A stretch of 64,000 nucleotides of DNA from a virus, in the IMG/VR virus record IMGVR_UViG_3300027971_000046, positions 9,080 through 73,079 of that record; one strand, written 5' to 3'. Both the position numbers and the translations under genes were made by a program. Shown in pieces: positions 54,438 through 64,000 of this stretch (position 1 is its first letter; the number at the start of each line of letters is the position of its first letter). Under the pieces are notes generated by a model that worked only from the letters and a program-made list of their open reading frames with translations, did not search any database and was not told the DNA's origin.

Positions 54438-55771
54438 TGATGGCAGACGAATCAGGATACGGAAACAACAACATGAAGGCGGGAGACTACAAACTAGAAA
54501 AGTTTGTTCTCCATTCAATGGTCAATGGAAGCAGTGTTGATCTCTCTAATCTGTATCGCTACATTGAAATTTATGAAGACCTGTTCTCTCCGTACATCAC
54601 GGCTAAACTGCATATCGAAGACGCTTTCAACTTTCCCGAGCGGTTTCCCATCAGTGGACAGGAAAAGATTGAACTCACCTTCAAGTCAGACATCAATGCA
54701 CTAAAGCCCGTAGAGTTGGTGTTTCGTGTCTACAAGTTGGACACCCATGAGATTTCAGACACAGGAAAAACACAGCAGTATGTGCTGCATCTGATGAGTG
54801 AGGGCGGATATTTTAACTTCTCTGAAGTGTGTGGATATTCCGTTCGTGGTACTGTATCTAAAATGGTAGAGACTATATTTGCAAAACACTTTCCTCAATC
54901 GGTATGGAAAGACAAATTGGAAATCGAGAAGACGGCGGACAACTACTCGTTTGTTCTGCCTAATTCATACACACCTTTCAAGGCTATCAACTGGTTGAGT
55001 GGCAAGGCTTTTTCCAAGACAGGAAAGGACTATACGCCTTTCATGTTCTATGAAACACTAGACGGACACAAGTTCAAGAGTCTTGGAAGGCTTATTGAAG
55101 ACGGGGGTTCAAATGTCACAAAGTACATCTATACTCCTGCAAACATGGCACAACTACCAGGTGACAATGACAACATGGGATTCCAAACCGTTTTGCCGTC
55201 CCGATACCACCGAATTCAGAAACTAGAAGAGTTGGGTAGATTCGATATGGCGGCAAACATTATGAACGGCGTGGTGTCGTCTCGTCTGGTTGTGCATGAC
55301 TTGGTGCGTAAGGAGCAGCGGGTATCTGAATTCTTTGAAGCAGATATATTCCAAGACATGAAGAAACTTGGAACTGAACCACATTTCCGCACATCCGATC
55401 CTGAATCAGACAGACTATACAAGAAGGGTGCTGCATATGTTTACTTGCCGTCTACCCCATATACCGCGTACACATCAGCCAACTCACTGATTGACAACAC
55501 ACAGGTGGAGTCTCTGTTTCTGAAGCGCAAGTACCACATGAACACTTTCCTCACGCAGAAGATCGTGATTCAGATATTTGGAGACAGCAGGCGGCGTGTG
55601 GGCGATCTTGTGGATATCAGTGTTCCAAAAATACAGTCGGACTCGCATATACAGTACGACAAACAGGACGCAAACTTGAGTGGTGAGTATATGGTTACAA
55701 GCATCAAACATAGATTTGCAAAAGTATACAGTTGTAAACTTGAACTTTCACGGAACTGCATGGGGGTGTAA
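54437..55771 (+). CDS. baseplate hub / tail protein (gp27-like)
   Basis: IYEDL, FYET, GD....GD.V, LSGEYMVTSIKH; lies between gp53 and gp5. Confidence 0.7.
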   Translation: MMADESGYGNNNMKAGDYKLEKFVLHSMVNGSSVDLSNLYRYIEIYEDLFSPYITAKLHIEDAFNFPERFPISGQEKIELTFKSDINALKPVELVFRVYKLDTHEISDTGKTQQYVLHLMSEGGYFNFSEVCGYSVRGTVSKMVETIFAKHFPQSVWKDKLEIEKTADNYSFVLPNSYTPFKAINWLSGKAFSKTGKDYTPFMFYETLDGHKFKSLGRLIEDGGSNVTKYIYTPANMAQLPGDNDNMGFQTVLPSRYHRIQKLEELGRFDMAANIMNGVVSSRLVVHDLVRKEQRVSEFFEADIFQDMKKLGTEPHFRTSDPESDRLYKKGAAYVYLPSTPYTAYTSANSLIDNTQVESLFLKRKYHMNTFLTQKIVIQIFGDSRRRVGDLVDISVPKIQSDSHIQYDKQDANLSGEYMVTSIKHRFAKVYSCKLELSRNCMGV

Positions 55772-56877
55772 TGAGAGGATTCTTAGGACGAGAAGGATTT
55801 GTGTGGTGGCATGGTGTTGTTGAAGACAACGCCGATCCGCTGTTCCTTGGACGATGCCGCGTCCGCATTTTTGGTTTCCACGGAGAAGACAAGGGCGAAC
55901 TCCCTACTGGTGCTTTGCCTTGGGCGTATCCCATGCAGCCACTGACTTCTGCCGCTCTTTCGGGAATTGGTGTCTCACCCACGGGTCTTCTTGTTGGTTC
56001 CCATGTGTTTGGCTTTTTCCGCGATGGTGAAGAAGCACAAGACCCCGTGATGATTGGGTCGTTTGGTGGAGTCCCCACCAAGCAGGCAGACACATCCAAA
56101 GGATTTAATGATCCAACAGGAACCTACCCTGCAAAACCTTCTGATGTCAACGCAAACCTGTTCCCGCTTGGTGTGTCTGTGATTGGTGAACAGGACACTA
56201 ATCGGCTTGCACGAAACAATAACGCAGATCAGATGAAGTCTACTGTGGCTGCGTACAAGGCGGGATCATTAACCGCCAATATTCCAAGCACTCCCGACAT
56301 ACAAGGCGGTTCAAAGTGGAGCGAACCTGCTACTCCATATGCTGCGAAGTATCCAAAAAATCATGTGCGGTACACCGAAAGCGGTCATGTAGAGGAGTTT
56401 GACGACACGCCTGGTGCGGAGCGAATTCATCAGTTCCACAACTCAGGCACATTTACGGAAGTGGGCAATGGATGGACACAGAATCCTGACGGCACTCGGG
56501 TGCAGCGCATCATGGGCGATGACTATGAGATTGTCCACGGCAACAAGAAGGTGTACATTAAAGGCAGCGAAGGACTCAATTTGGTGTTGGATGGAGCCAT
56601 CAACCTGACCATCAACGGCGGTGGAAATATTCAGATCAACGGCGACACCAATATTCTCGCAAGCAGCGATGTGAATCTTCAGATTGAGGGCAGTCTGAAG
56701 GCTTCAGGCAAGACCATTGAATTCTACGCAGACGGCGACATCGGATTCTCAGGGCGCACCATTTCGTTCATCACGGACAGCAATATCATGGTGATGCAGC
56801 AGGGCAAGCGCATTGAAGTGAATTCAGGTGAGGCAGTACTCAAGCCCAAGCGCGTTGATGTGAAGGGTGGTGGCTGA
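55771..56877 (+). CDS. gp5: baseplate central spike gp5
   Basis: WWHGVVED..DPL.LGRCRVRIFG.H, LPWA, ESGHVEEFDDTPGAERI. Confidence 0.9.
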   Translation: MRGFLGREGFVWWHGVVEDNADPLFLGRCRVRIFGFHGEDKGELPTGALPWAYPMQPLTSAALSGIGVSPTGLLVGSHVFGFFRDGEEAQDPVMIGSFGGVPTKQADTSKGFNDPTGTYPAKPSDVNANLFPLGVSVIGEQDTNRLARNNNADQMKSTVAAYKAGSLTANIPSTPDIQGGSKWSEPATPYAAKYPKNHVRYTESGHVEEFDDTPGAERIHQFHNSGTFTEVGNGWTQNPDGTRVQRIMGDDYEIVHGNKKVYIKGSEGLNLVLDGAINLTINGGGNIQINGDTNILASSDVNLQIEGSLKASGKTIEFYADGDIGFSGRTISFITDSNIMVMQQGKRIEVNSGEAVLKPKRVDVKGGG

Positions 56878-57095
56878 TGCTGTATCGCGGCTTTCACCGA
56901 AAGTATGTTGAAGGCACATCGCAGTACGCGGTTTATGTGTACGGTGATGTGGTCAAGCGGGACGGCAAGTTCTATGTGTGCGGAATCACGCAGACATCAG
57001 GCTATCTTCCCGAAGACGCGGCTTCAGGCTTTGACCTGTTGTCGTATTACATTGACCCGTCTCCCAATGACAACATTGACGGAGGGCAGTTCTAA
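56877..57095 (+). CDS. small baseplate-region protein
   Basis: translationally coupled; IDGGQF tail. Confidence 0.6.
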   Translation: MLYRGFHRKYVEGTSQYAVYVYGDVVKRDGKFYVCGITQTSGYLPEDAASGFDLLSYYIDPSPNDNIDGGQF

Positions 57096-57361
57096 TGGCT
57101 GGTTCTCAGGTTTGCCTAGCCAATCTAGATACAGCAGGGGGAATCATTCTAGAAGGAAACCCCTACTTTTTCGTTGATGGTTTTCCTGTTTCCGTTGAAG
57201 GAAATCCCGTAGAAGATCACGGCATAAACGAACACGATAATGCCGTGATGGTAGAGGGAAATCCAAATTTTGTGATTGGTGGCATTCCTGTCTGCACGAT
57301 TATGAGCAAGGCTAGTTGCGGCGACCAACCTGTAAGTTCAAGTACTTTTTTTGTGGGGTAA
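57095..57361 (+). CDS. PAAR-like spike tip protein (gp5.4-like)
   Basis: VDGFPV, H...H, IGGIPVC, SCG; follows gp5. Confidence 0.8.
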   Translation: MAGSQVCLANLDTAGGIILEGNPYFFVDGFPVSVEGNPVEDHGINEHDNAVMVEGNPNFVIGGIPVCTIMSKASCGDQPVSSSTFFVG

Positions 57362-57364
57362 ACA

Positions 57365-58183
57365 ATGGCAGATCAACCGTGTCCATGCAAGCAGAAACTG
57401 ACAGAAGGTCAAAAAGGTGTCTTTAACTTTGGCTTGGACGATGCCAAGTCTATGCTACAGAATCCTAATGCTGCCGCTATTAATGCAGTCCGAAAACTGG
57501 GTGGAGCAAATAGTGCGCGTATTGAAAGTTTGATTGCAGCCGCAGATGTTACTGGTCCAGGTGGTGTGCAGAATGTTCTGTTTACCGCTCTTCCATCTTT
57601 GCAGAAGATGCAGGCTTCCATCACCAAACAAACTGGTATAGTAAACGCTTTTGAGAATGAATGCAATCGGTTTACAAATCCTCGAAATCTAACCAGTATC
57701 ATTAGTTCTTTGAGTCTATTTGCAGAATTGAACTGCGCTCTTGGTATTGAAGGTCTTGATATCAATGTTGGACTGAATGTGGTGAACAACAATGGACAGT
57801 TCTCGATTGATTACGCAGTCAATGCAAACATCAATTTGCAGAAGATACTAGACAAATACGGAGATGGTTTGGGAACCGCTACCGCCAATATGGTAAGCGA
57901 TCTACAGGCTGGATTGAATGATGTTTTTGGAAAAATGGATGAAGCCAACAATGCACTCAACAAGATAATGGCAGAATCGAATGCAATGCAGCAGAAGGCA
58001 GCGGCTTTCATTGCAAAATACACAAGCATCAATTCTCTCGCAAATCTGGTTAATCAGGCAAGCACAGATCCCTGTTTTAAGTTGGGTGCAACACTGAATG
58101 GTAGTTTGGTTAGTTCTGAATTTTTGAATACTGTCAGTAATGCGGGTTTTGGCGGTGCGGGAGGAGGCACGAGCATTCGATGA
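57365..58183 (+). CDS. hypothetical virion protein
   Basis: 272 aa in the baseplate operon. Confidence 0.65.
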   Translation: MADQPCPCKQKLTEGQKGVFNFGLDDAKSMLQNPNAAAINAVRKLGGANSARIESLIAAADVTGPGGVQNVLFTALPSLQKMQASITKQTGIVNAFENECNRFTNPRNLTSIISSLSLFAELNCALGIEGLDINVGLNVVNNNGQFSIDYAVNANINLQKILDKYGDGLGTATANMVSDLQAGLNDVFGKMDEANNALNKIMAESNAMQQKAAAFIAKYTSINSLANLVNQASTDPCFKLGATLNGSLVSSEFLNTVSNAGFGGAGGGTSIR

Positions 58184-58851
58184 GCAGCGTATCTGAATAT
58201 TTTACAACCATCAAGGACAACTTGCAATCCGTAGGTGAGGCGGTTGGAGTTTTTGCCGTTGGATTGGCTATTGGTGTGGTTGGTGCTTTCCGAAAGAAAC
58301 GCATCACGATCAAAAGCCCCATACAGTTCAAAGAGCAGAAGTTTATACAGCGGCACAGTCAGATCCATGAACTGCTCACCGAACTTCGGGTTACCGTTCG
58401 TGCTTCTCGCTGCCTTGTCTTTCAGTTTCACAACGGCGGCTCGTTTGCAGACGGAACCTCCATCAAGCGATTCTCGGTGACCCATGAATCGTGCGTATCA
58501 GGAACCACAAGCATGATTCTTGAATCGCAAGATGTGCTGCTGACTCGGTATGTGGATGTGATCCGTATCATGGATGAAACGGCTAGCAAGATTATATCGG
58601 TGAGCAGCCTGCCGCCGTCAGCATTCCGTTCTGGACTTGAGATAAATAGCGTGGAGTACTTCAGTATTACTCCTTTGCGATGCATGGACGGACTGACTCC
58701 TCTTGGTTTCTTGTGTTGCCACTGGTGTACGGTTGATCAACTAGACGAGATTGAAGCAGAAGGAATACAGCAGTCCACTTTGGAACAGGTGATTGCTGAC
58801 AGCGTTCACAACATAAACACCCACCTTTCGTACAAAGCGGAACTCAAGTAA
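58180..58851 (+). CDS. single-TM protein with GAF-like domain (holin-like)
   Basis: N-terminal TM helix; FQFHNGG...KRFSVTHE...LGFL. Confidence 0.55.
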   Translation: MSSVSEYFTTIKDNLQSVGEAVGVFAVGLAIGVVGAFRKKRITIKSPIQFKEQKFIQRHSQIHELLTELRVTVRASRCLVFQFHNGGSFADGTSIKRFSVTHESCVSGTTSMILESQDVLLTRYVDVIRIMDETASKIISVSSLPPSAFRSGLEINSVEYFSITPLRCMDGLTPLGFLCCHWCTVDQLDEIEAEGIQQSTLEQVIADSVHNINTHLSYKAELK

Positions 58852-59258
58852 TGGCACTACAGATCACAGGCAGCGGGAAACCTATATTCACGGATATAGA
58901 TCCCACACTCACAAAGAATCCCAAGACGGGTGATCTTCTCACCCTGAAGGACGATTTGGCTGTGCGTACCTCGGTGCGAAATCTACTGTCCACGGCTTTT
59001 GGTGAGCGGCTGTTTCAGCCCACCATTGGTGGATCGCTGCGCGCTCTGCTGTTTGAACCCATTGATGCCATCACCACAATGGAGATTCGTGATCGAATTC
59101 TGTATACCATCAGCAACCACGAGCCTCGCGTTGGTCAGGTACTGGTTGATGTGGTGGCAAGTCCAGACGAAAACTACTACACGGTTGTTGTGGAATACGC
59201 CATACAAACCGTTGGCAAGAGAGATAGAATCTCGGTTGTCCTAGAAAGGGTGCGCTGA
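58851..59258 (+). CDS. gp25: baseplate wedge gp25
   Basis: SVRNLL.T..GERLFQP..G, LLFEP, EPRV. Confidence 0.92.
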   Translation: MALQITGSGKPIFTDIDPTLTKNPKTGDLLTLKDDLAVRTSVRNLLSTAFGERLFQPTIGGSLRALLFEPIDAITTMEIRDRILYTISNHEPRVGQVLVDVVASPDENYYTVVVEYAIQTVGKRDRISVVLERVR

Positions 59259-61084
59259 TGTCGAATTCAAATAGTTTCAACATTGTGGGTCTGGACTTTG
59301 ACGAAGCAAAGGCTTCGCTACAGACCTTCTTGCAGTCGCAGGACACCCTGAAGGACTACAACTTTGACGGCTCGGTTCTCAGCACCGTGTTGGATGTACT
59401 GGCGTACAACACCCACTATCAGGCTTTCCACACAAACATGGTTGCCAACGAGATGTTCTTGGACAGCGCAGTTCTGCGTCCATCCGTTGTTTCTCATGCT
59501 AAAGCATTGGGCTATGTACCTTCTTCCCGCCGCGCTGCAAAGGCAGTGCTGACTGTTAAGGCTGCTGGCTCAACCGAAACCACCTATCTGTCTCGGGGCA
59601 CAGAGTTCACAGGAGTTAATTCCGCAGGTGGGCAGTACCGTTTTATCCTGCTTGACACGGTTTACGCAAATATAACCGATGCAGCGGATCCAAAGTTTTC
59701 ATCTATTGAAGTATACGAAGGCACTCTGCGCCGCATGAGTTATGTGTACGATCCCACAAAGAAGACGGGATCGGTTCTGCTTATTCCCAACGACAAGATC
59801 GACACAAGCACAATCAAGGTGCGTGTCAAGGCATCCGCTGCGGACAACACAGGCATTGAAAATGTTTGGACATACGCGGATTCGTATATTGATTTGACAC
59901 CGACTTCCAAAGTGTATTTCTTGCAAGAGCGCGAAACAGGAATGTACGAACTGTTTTTTGGAGACAACTTCTTGGGATTGCAGCCTGCTGCTGGCAGCGT
60001 GGTGATTGTTGAGTATTTGGAAACGAATGCAGACGAAGCCAATGGGATTGCTACATTCAGCAGCACGGTGTCTGGTCTTGGAGCCATTACTGTTGACACC
60101 TCTGCGGCGGGTGGTGCGCGGGAAGAAAGTGTTTCTCGTATCAAGTTCTTGGCTCCCCGTTTCTACAAGTCACAGAATCGCGCTGTAACGGGAGACGATT
60201 ATACTTCCGCAGTGGTCAAAGAATATCCCAATGCTGATTCTGTGTATGTGTACGGCGGGGAAACCGTGGTTCCTCCGCAGTATGGAAAGGTGTTTATTGC
60301 AGTGAAACCCAAGTCGGGATCTGCTCTCACCACGGATGAAAAACTCAGTCTTGCGCGTTCCCTGCGCGAGAACCGTTCTGTGGTTACAGTTACGCCTGAA
60401 ATCGTAGATCCTGATTACATTGATCTTGTGATTGATTCGATTGTTACCTACGATCCTGCTCTGACAACCATCGGCACGGGAACACTAAAGGCACTTCTTG
60501 TGGCGTATGCTTTCACCTATTCAGGAAGTGTGCTTGAGACTTTCGGGTCTAATTTCTACCTGTCGAAACTCTCACAGGGCATGAACGCGATCAACTCCAG
60601 CATTCTTAGCAATCAGACCACCATTCGTCTTCGCAAGACGGTAAACTTGACTAAACTTGTTGCGTCCAAGGGTTTTGTCATCGACTTCAAGAATCCCCTG
60701 TACCATCCACACGATGGTCACTCCACCATCATGGGGTCTACCATTATCTCGCACCGCAACACTGATGGCGTGATCGTAGACAATGTGTACGCGGTGGATG
60801 ACGGCTACGGCAAGATCAACTTGGTGACCACGGACTCCACTGGAACGCAGAGTCTTGTGTATCCGAATATTGGAGTGGTGGATTACGCCAACGGCACGAT
60901 AAAGTTCAACACCGCATTTGCCCCCACTTCTTCTACTGTTCTGTTTACCGTCACTGTGCAGCCGCAGAACACCGATATCTTTGTGTTTGAGAACAAGATT
61001 CTTCGTGTAAGCAGAGGATACCCTGATTCTGTACGCATCTCGTTGCAGTCGCAGACATCCCGCAAGCAAAATCTGAAGGGATAA
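59258..61084 (+). CDS. gp6: baseplate wedge gp6
   Basis: LDFD, DYNFDGS.LS..LDVLAYNTHY, QNRAVT..DY, PPQYGKVFI. Confidence 0.93.
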   Translation: MSNSNSFNIVGLDFDEAKASLQTFLQSQDTLKDYNFDGSVLSTVLDVLAYNTHYQAFHTNMVANEMFLDSAVLRPSVVSHAKALGYVPSSRRAAKAVLTVKAAGSTETTYLSRGTEFTGVNSAGGQYRFILLDTVYANITDAADPKFSSIEVYEGTLRRMSYVYDPTKKTGSVLLIPNDKIDTSTIKVRVKASAADNTGIENVWTYADSYIDLTPTSKVYFLQERETGMYELFFGDNFLGLQPAAGSVVIVEYLETNADEANGIATFSSTVSGLGAITVDTSAAGGAREESVSRIKFLAPRFYKSQNRAVTGDDYTSAVVKEYPNADSVYVYGGETVVPPQYGKVFIAVKPKSGSALTTDEKLSLARSLRENRSVVTVTPEIVDPDYIDLVIDSIVTYDPALTTIGTGTLKALLVAYAFTYSGSVLETFGSNFYLSKLSQGMNAINSSILSNQTTIRLRKTVNLTKLVASKGFVIDFKNPLYHPHDGHSTIMGSTIISHRNTDGVIVDNVYAVDDGYGKINLVTTDSTGTQSLVYPNIGVVDYANGTIKFNTAFAPTSSTVLFTVTVQPQNTDIFVFENKILRVSRGYPDSVRISLQSQTSRKQNLKG

Positions 61085-61085
61085 G

Positions 61086-63944
61086 ATGGCTGCAATCAAC
61101 AACATTGTCCTGAACACAGAAGCAGAAGCACTAGAGCATCTGCTGTCTCCTTTCATCAAGGAGCAGTTTCCGCTGTTCATGCAGACTGACTATCCCAAAC
61201 TCGTCCTGTTCATAAAGGCGTACTACGAGTGGATGGAGCAGGAAGGCAATGTGGGATACCTGACTTCCAAGATGGACACCATCTGGGATGTGGATCGCAA
61301 TCTAGAAGAGTTCTACTCCCACTTCAAGAACACCTATTTGGATTCGTTTCCTGAACTGTTTGCGGTTAACGACAGCGGAAACAAGCCCAACAAAAAGACC
61401 CTGCTGAAAAAGATACGGGATTTCTACGGCAACAAGGGCACAGAGAGCGCGTACAAGTTTCTGTTCCGCGTACTGTACGACAGCGACTTGGAGTTCTACT
61501 ATCCGAAAAATGACATTCTGAAAGCCTCGGACGGTGTTTGGTTGGAGCCACGCTCCATCAAGACCACGGTGACAAACGGAACAGACCTGTTCGGCGGCAA
61601 GGGTGGTCAGATATTTCAGTATGAGGGGCAGCAGTTGGTTGCCAGTGCGTTCATCAATTCCGTGGTGCAGTACGCATTCAACGGCGTTCCCATCAGCGAG
61701 TTCTTTATCACAGACATCAACGGAACATTCCTGCCCAATCGCACTGTGAAAATTATCAAGGACAGCAGCGAGTGGAGTGAGACTGCGTATTCCGTGCTTG
61801 GAGAATTCTTTATTGAACTGCCTGGCGAGGGATATCGCGTTGGTGATGCGGTTACAGTCGTGGACTCCACAGGCAGGGGCTTTTCTGCAAAGATTGACCA
61901 AGTGGGTCTTGCGGGAGGAGTCAAGAAGATTGGTATTTCCAATTCAGGTGTAAACTACTCGGGCGATATCGTTTTGAACATCTTCAGTGAAACAGGATCA
62001 CAGACTGCGCGTGTGGTTGGTTTGCGTAGCGCAGTCACGCAGTATCCTGGATATTTCTCGGGCAATCGCGGCAAGGCTTCGTCCAACAAGAAGATTCAGG
62101 ATGGTCACTACTACCAAGACTTCTCGTATGAACTAAAGTCGGCGGTATCACTAGACACATATTTTGGTGTATTGAAGGACATCATCCACCCCGCAGGTAT
62201 GCGGATGTTTGGTTCTATTCTTGTGAAGAAGGCTATTGATAATCAGTTGACTTCTTCTTCACAGGCTACCTTTTACGAAATTCCTCTTATTGGGCGATAC
62301 ACTCCGTATAACATTGGAACCACGCTGGATCTTCGTGCCAACGGTGTCACCCTTTCAGGATACTGGTTGGGAGCCACGGGTGATCTGTATCCGCTTGGGT
62401 ACAATCCGTACATCGGCAATACTCTTGAAGTAGGACCAAACGGATCTACCACTTCACTGGGTACGGTGTTTGTCGGTACATCGTTGGGCTACACCTACTG
62501 CTATGTGCCTGAAGGCGGACGCACTGCACACAACCCCATCGGCGCACCACTTGGCAGCACCAGTGCATTCTATCGGAATAAAGAAAGCAATTTGGATCCG
62601 ACAGGCATGGTGGGACTCGTCCTGTGGCTGAAGCCAGAGAATATTGGTGTGTGTGGCTCGGTAGCCAACGGCGCAAGTATGGATATTTGGCGTGATGCTT
62701 CCCCGAACGGAAACCATGCGCTTCCACCCACATGGGATCGGTGGACCAGTGTGCCTGCTTATGCGGGAGTCACCATTGACAAACTGCGTCCCACACTCGT
62801 CATCAACGATAACGGTATCGTTGGTGCTACTGGAATCTCGTTTGATGGTGGTGTGATCTTTGGACCGCAAACCATCGTGAGAGGAAGCGGATTGACTTTG
62901 GGATCTGCTGCTATAGGATTCACCTTTGCTCCTGGGTCTTCAGGAGATAAACTGCTTGTTGGTCGGCATTTCTATCTGAAAAATGGACTCACACTTTCTG
63001 CTGATATGGATATGTTTATCGTGTATCGTCCTACAATTGATTCATTCTCTTATGGATTGGGTCTTGTTTCTTCGAATAGACGGTTTACAGATTCGTTTTT
63101 CTCCAGTAATCCCGATGATTTTGTTGTGTTCTCTCGCTCATGGAATTATGCTGATCGTGATACTCCGAGCCAGACATCCACATATTACAATTTTGCAAAC
63201 AACCAAAAACTGTATCCTGTTGGTGCGGGGCTGATTGGTTTCACTCCGTGGCGACCGTTTACACCATCTGTTGCTGCTTTTGCTAAAACTTTCATTGCTT
63301 ATGATCCCCATGTTTCAGGTCAAAGCATGGGAATGGTGGTGGGTGAAGTTTCTAGGGATTCCGCAAATGTGCTGTACGCTTTTGCAAACGGCGATCAAGC
63401 CACAAACAGATCACGATCCACTGGACTCTTTGTTACTAATTCCGATGGATCTGGAGGAGGACGCACCGCGCCTGTGTGTGGTGTAACCGTAGATATTGGA
63501 CGATTTGGTTCGTATCACCGTTATGATTTGGCTTCAAGTGGTACAACAGGCAGTGCTGCTTGGATATCAACTGCACTCACGAATACACCCTATGGATTCC
63601 GTGGAGTCATCAACGAAGTCATTGTGTTCAACCGCAAGTTGCAGGAAACCGAACGGCAACAGGTGTATGGCTATCTGGCACGCAAGTACAAAATGGACAC
63701 CAAACTTCCTGATGCGTATCAAGCCTCGCATCCAAGCGCGTATATGATGGGGCTTACTTATTGGAATATTGAACACCACCCAAACACCAAGGGCATCACA
63801 GGACTTGAGGCTGGTGTGTCGTTTGGAAACATTGTTCTTCAGAACTTCTTCTCGTTCCCCGATAGTCTGTACAAGTCCGAGGGAACCGTGCTGTCGGATG
63901 GAACTGTTTTGACAGGCGATACATACAGTAATGTCGGTCTATAA
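61086..63944 (+). CDS. baseplate wedge subunit (gp7-like) with C-terminal LamG-like domain
   Basis: FIKAYYEW, FY..KGTE, IQDGHYYQDFSY, HPAG; LVLWL...W.D.S and EVIVFNR.L...ER. Confidence 0.8.
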   Translation: MAAINNIVLNTEAEALEHLLSPFIKEQFPLFMQTDYPKLVLFIKAYYEWMEQEGNVGYLTSKMDTIWDVDRNLEEFYSHFKNTYLDSFPELFAVNDSGNKPNKKTLLKKIRDFYGNKGTESAYKFLFRVLYDSDLEFYYPKNDILKASDGVWLEPRSIKTTVTNGTDLFGGKGGQIFQYEGQQLVASAFINSVVQYAFNGVPISEFFITDINGTFLPNRTVKIIKDSSEWSETAYSVLGEFFIELPGEGYRVGDAVTVVDSTGRGFSAKIDQVGLAGGVKKIGISNSGVNYSGDIVLNIFSETGSQTARVVGLRSAVTQYPGYFSGNRGKASSNKKIQDGHYYQDFSYELKSAVSLDTYFGVLKDIIHPAGMRMFGSILVKKAIDNQLTSSSQATFYEIPLIGRYTPYNIGTTLDLRANGVTLSGYWLGATGDLYPLGYNPYIGNTLEVGPNGSTTSLGTVFVGTSLGYTYCYVPEGGRTAHNPIGAPLGSTSAFYRNKESNLDPTGMVGLVLWLKPENIGVCGSVANGASMDIWRDASPNGNHALPPTWDRWTSVPAYAGVTIDKLRPTLVINDNGIVGATGISFDGGVIFGPQTIVRGSGLTLGSAAIGFTFAPGSSGDKLLVGRHFYLKNGLTLSADMDMFIVYRPTIDSFSYGLGLVSSNRRFTDSFFSSNPDDFVVFSRSWNYADRDTPSQTSTYYNFANNQKLYPVGAGLIGFTPWRPFTPSVAAFAKTFIAYDPHVSGQSMGMVVGEVSRDSANVLYAFANGDQATNRSRSTGLFVTNSDGSGGGRTAPVCGVTVDIGRFGSYHRYDLASSGTTGSAAWISTALTNTPYGFRGVINEVIVFNRKLQETERQQVYGYLARKYKMDTKLPDAYQASHPSAYMMGLTYWNIEHHPNTKGITGLEAGVSFGNIVLQNFFSFPDSLYKSEGTVLSDGTVLTGDTYSNVGL

Positions 63945-63955
63945 GGGGAAAATCA

Positions 63956-64000
63956 ATGGCTAGTTACTTGAAAGCATCCATTCAACGCTCATACGCCGAA
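63956..64000 (+). CDS. start of the next baseplate gene (probably gp8), partial
   Basis: AAGGGG RBS then MASYLKASIQRSYAE; synteny only. Confidence 0.5.
   Translation, partial: MASYLKASIQRSYAE

Noticed and set aside
55771-56877. gp5 without a lysozyme domain
   Set aside because: Common among non-enteric T4-like phages.
52018-63944. Bacterial contractile injection system or T6SS
   Set aside because: Linked gp32, gp33, gp2, gp4, tRNAs and late promoters show a T4-like phage.

Overview
This window is part of a large T4-like myovirus genome (standard genetic code), with no sign of host chromosome. Left arm (1-16.2 kb, minus strand): late head-associated genes, including a cytidylyltransferase-like gene, an exonuclease, a gp68-like prohead core protein and a six-gene operon whose products all begin with a T4-type capsid-targeting sequence. 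Middle (16.5-41.8 kb, mostly plus strand): an early/accessory region with a peptidase-VWA plus MoxR AAA+ pair, many small ORFs behind sigma70-type promoters (often leaderless), a shuffled microgene cassette array, five tRNAs, a circularly permuted two-piece tmRNA, several candidate structured ncRNAs, and host-envelope genes (beta-barrel OMP, LpxH-like phosphoesterase, a PAPG-type PEP-CTERM protein that suggests a Phycisphaerae/Planctomycetota host). Right arm (41.8-64 kb): gp33, gp32, a tape-measure-like gene, gp51/gp26 joined by a likely -1 frameshift, gp54/19-like, gp2, gp4, gp48, gp53, hub, gp5, PAAR, a holin-like gene, gp25, gp6, gp7-like and the start of gp8. All family assignments come from motif recognition by eye, not database searches.
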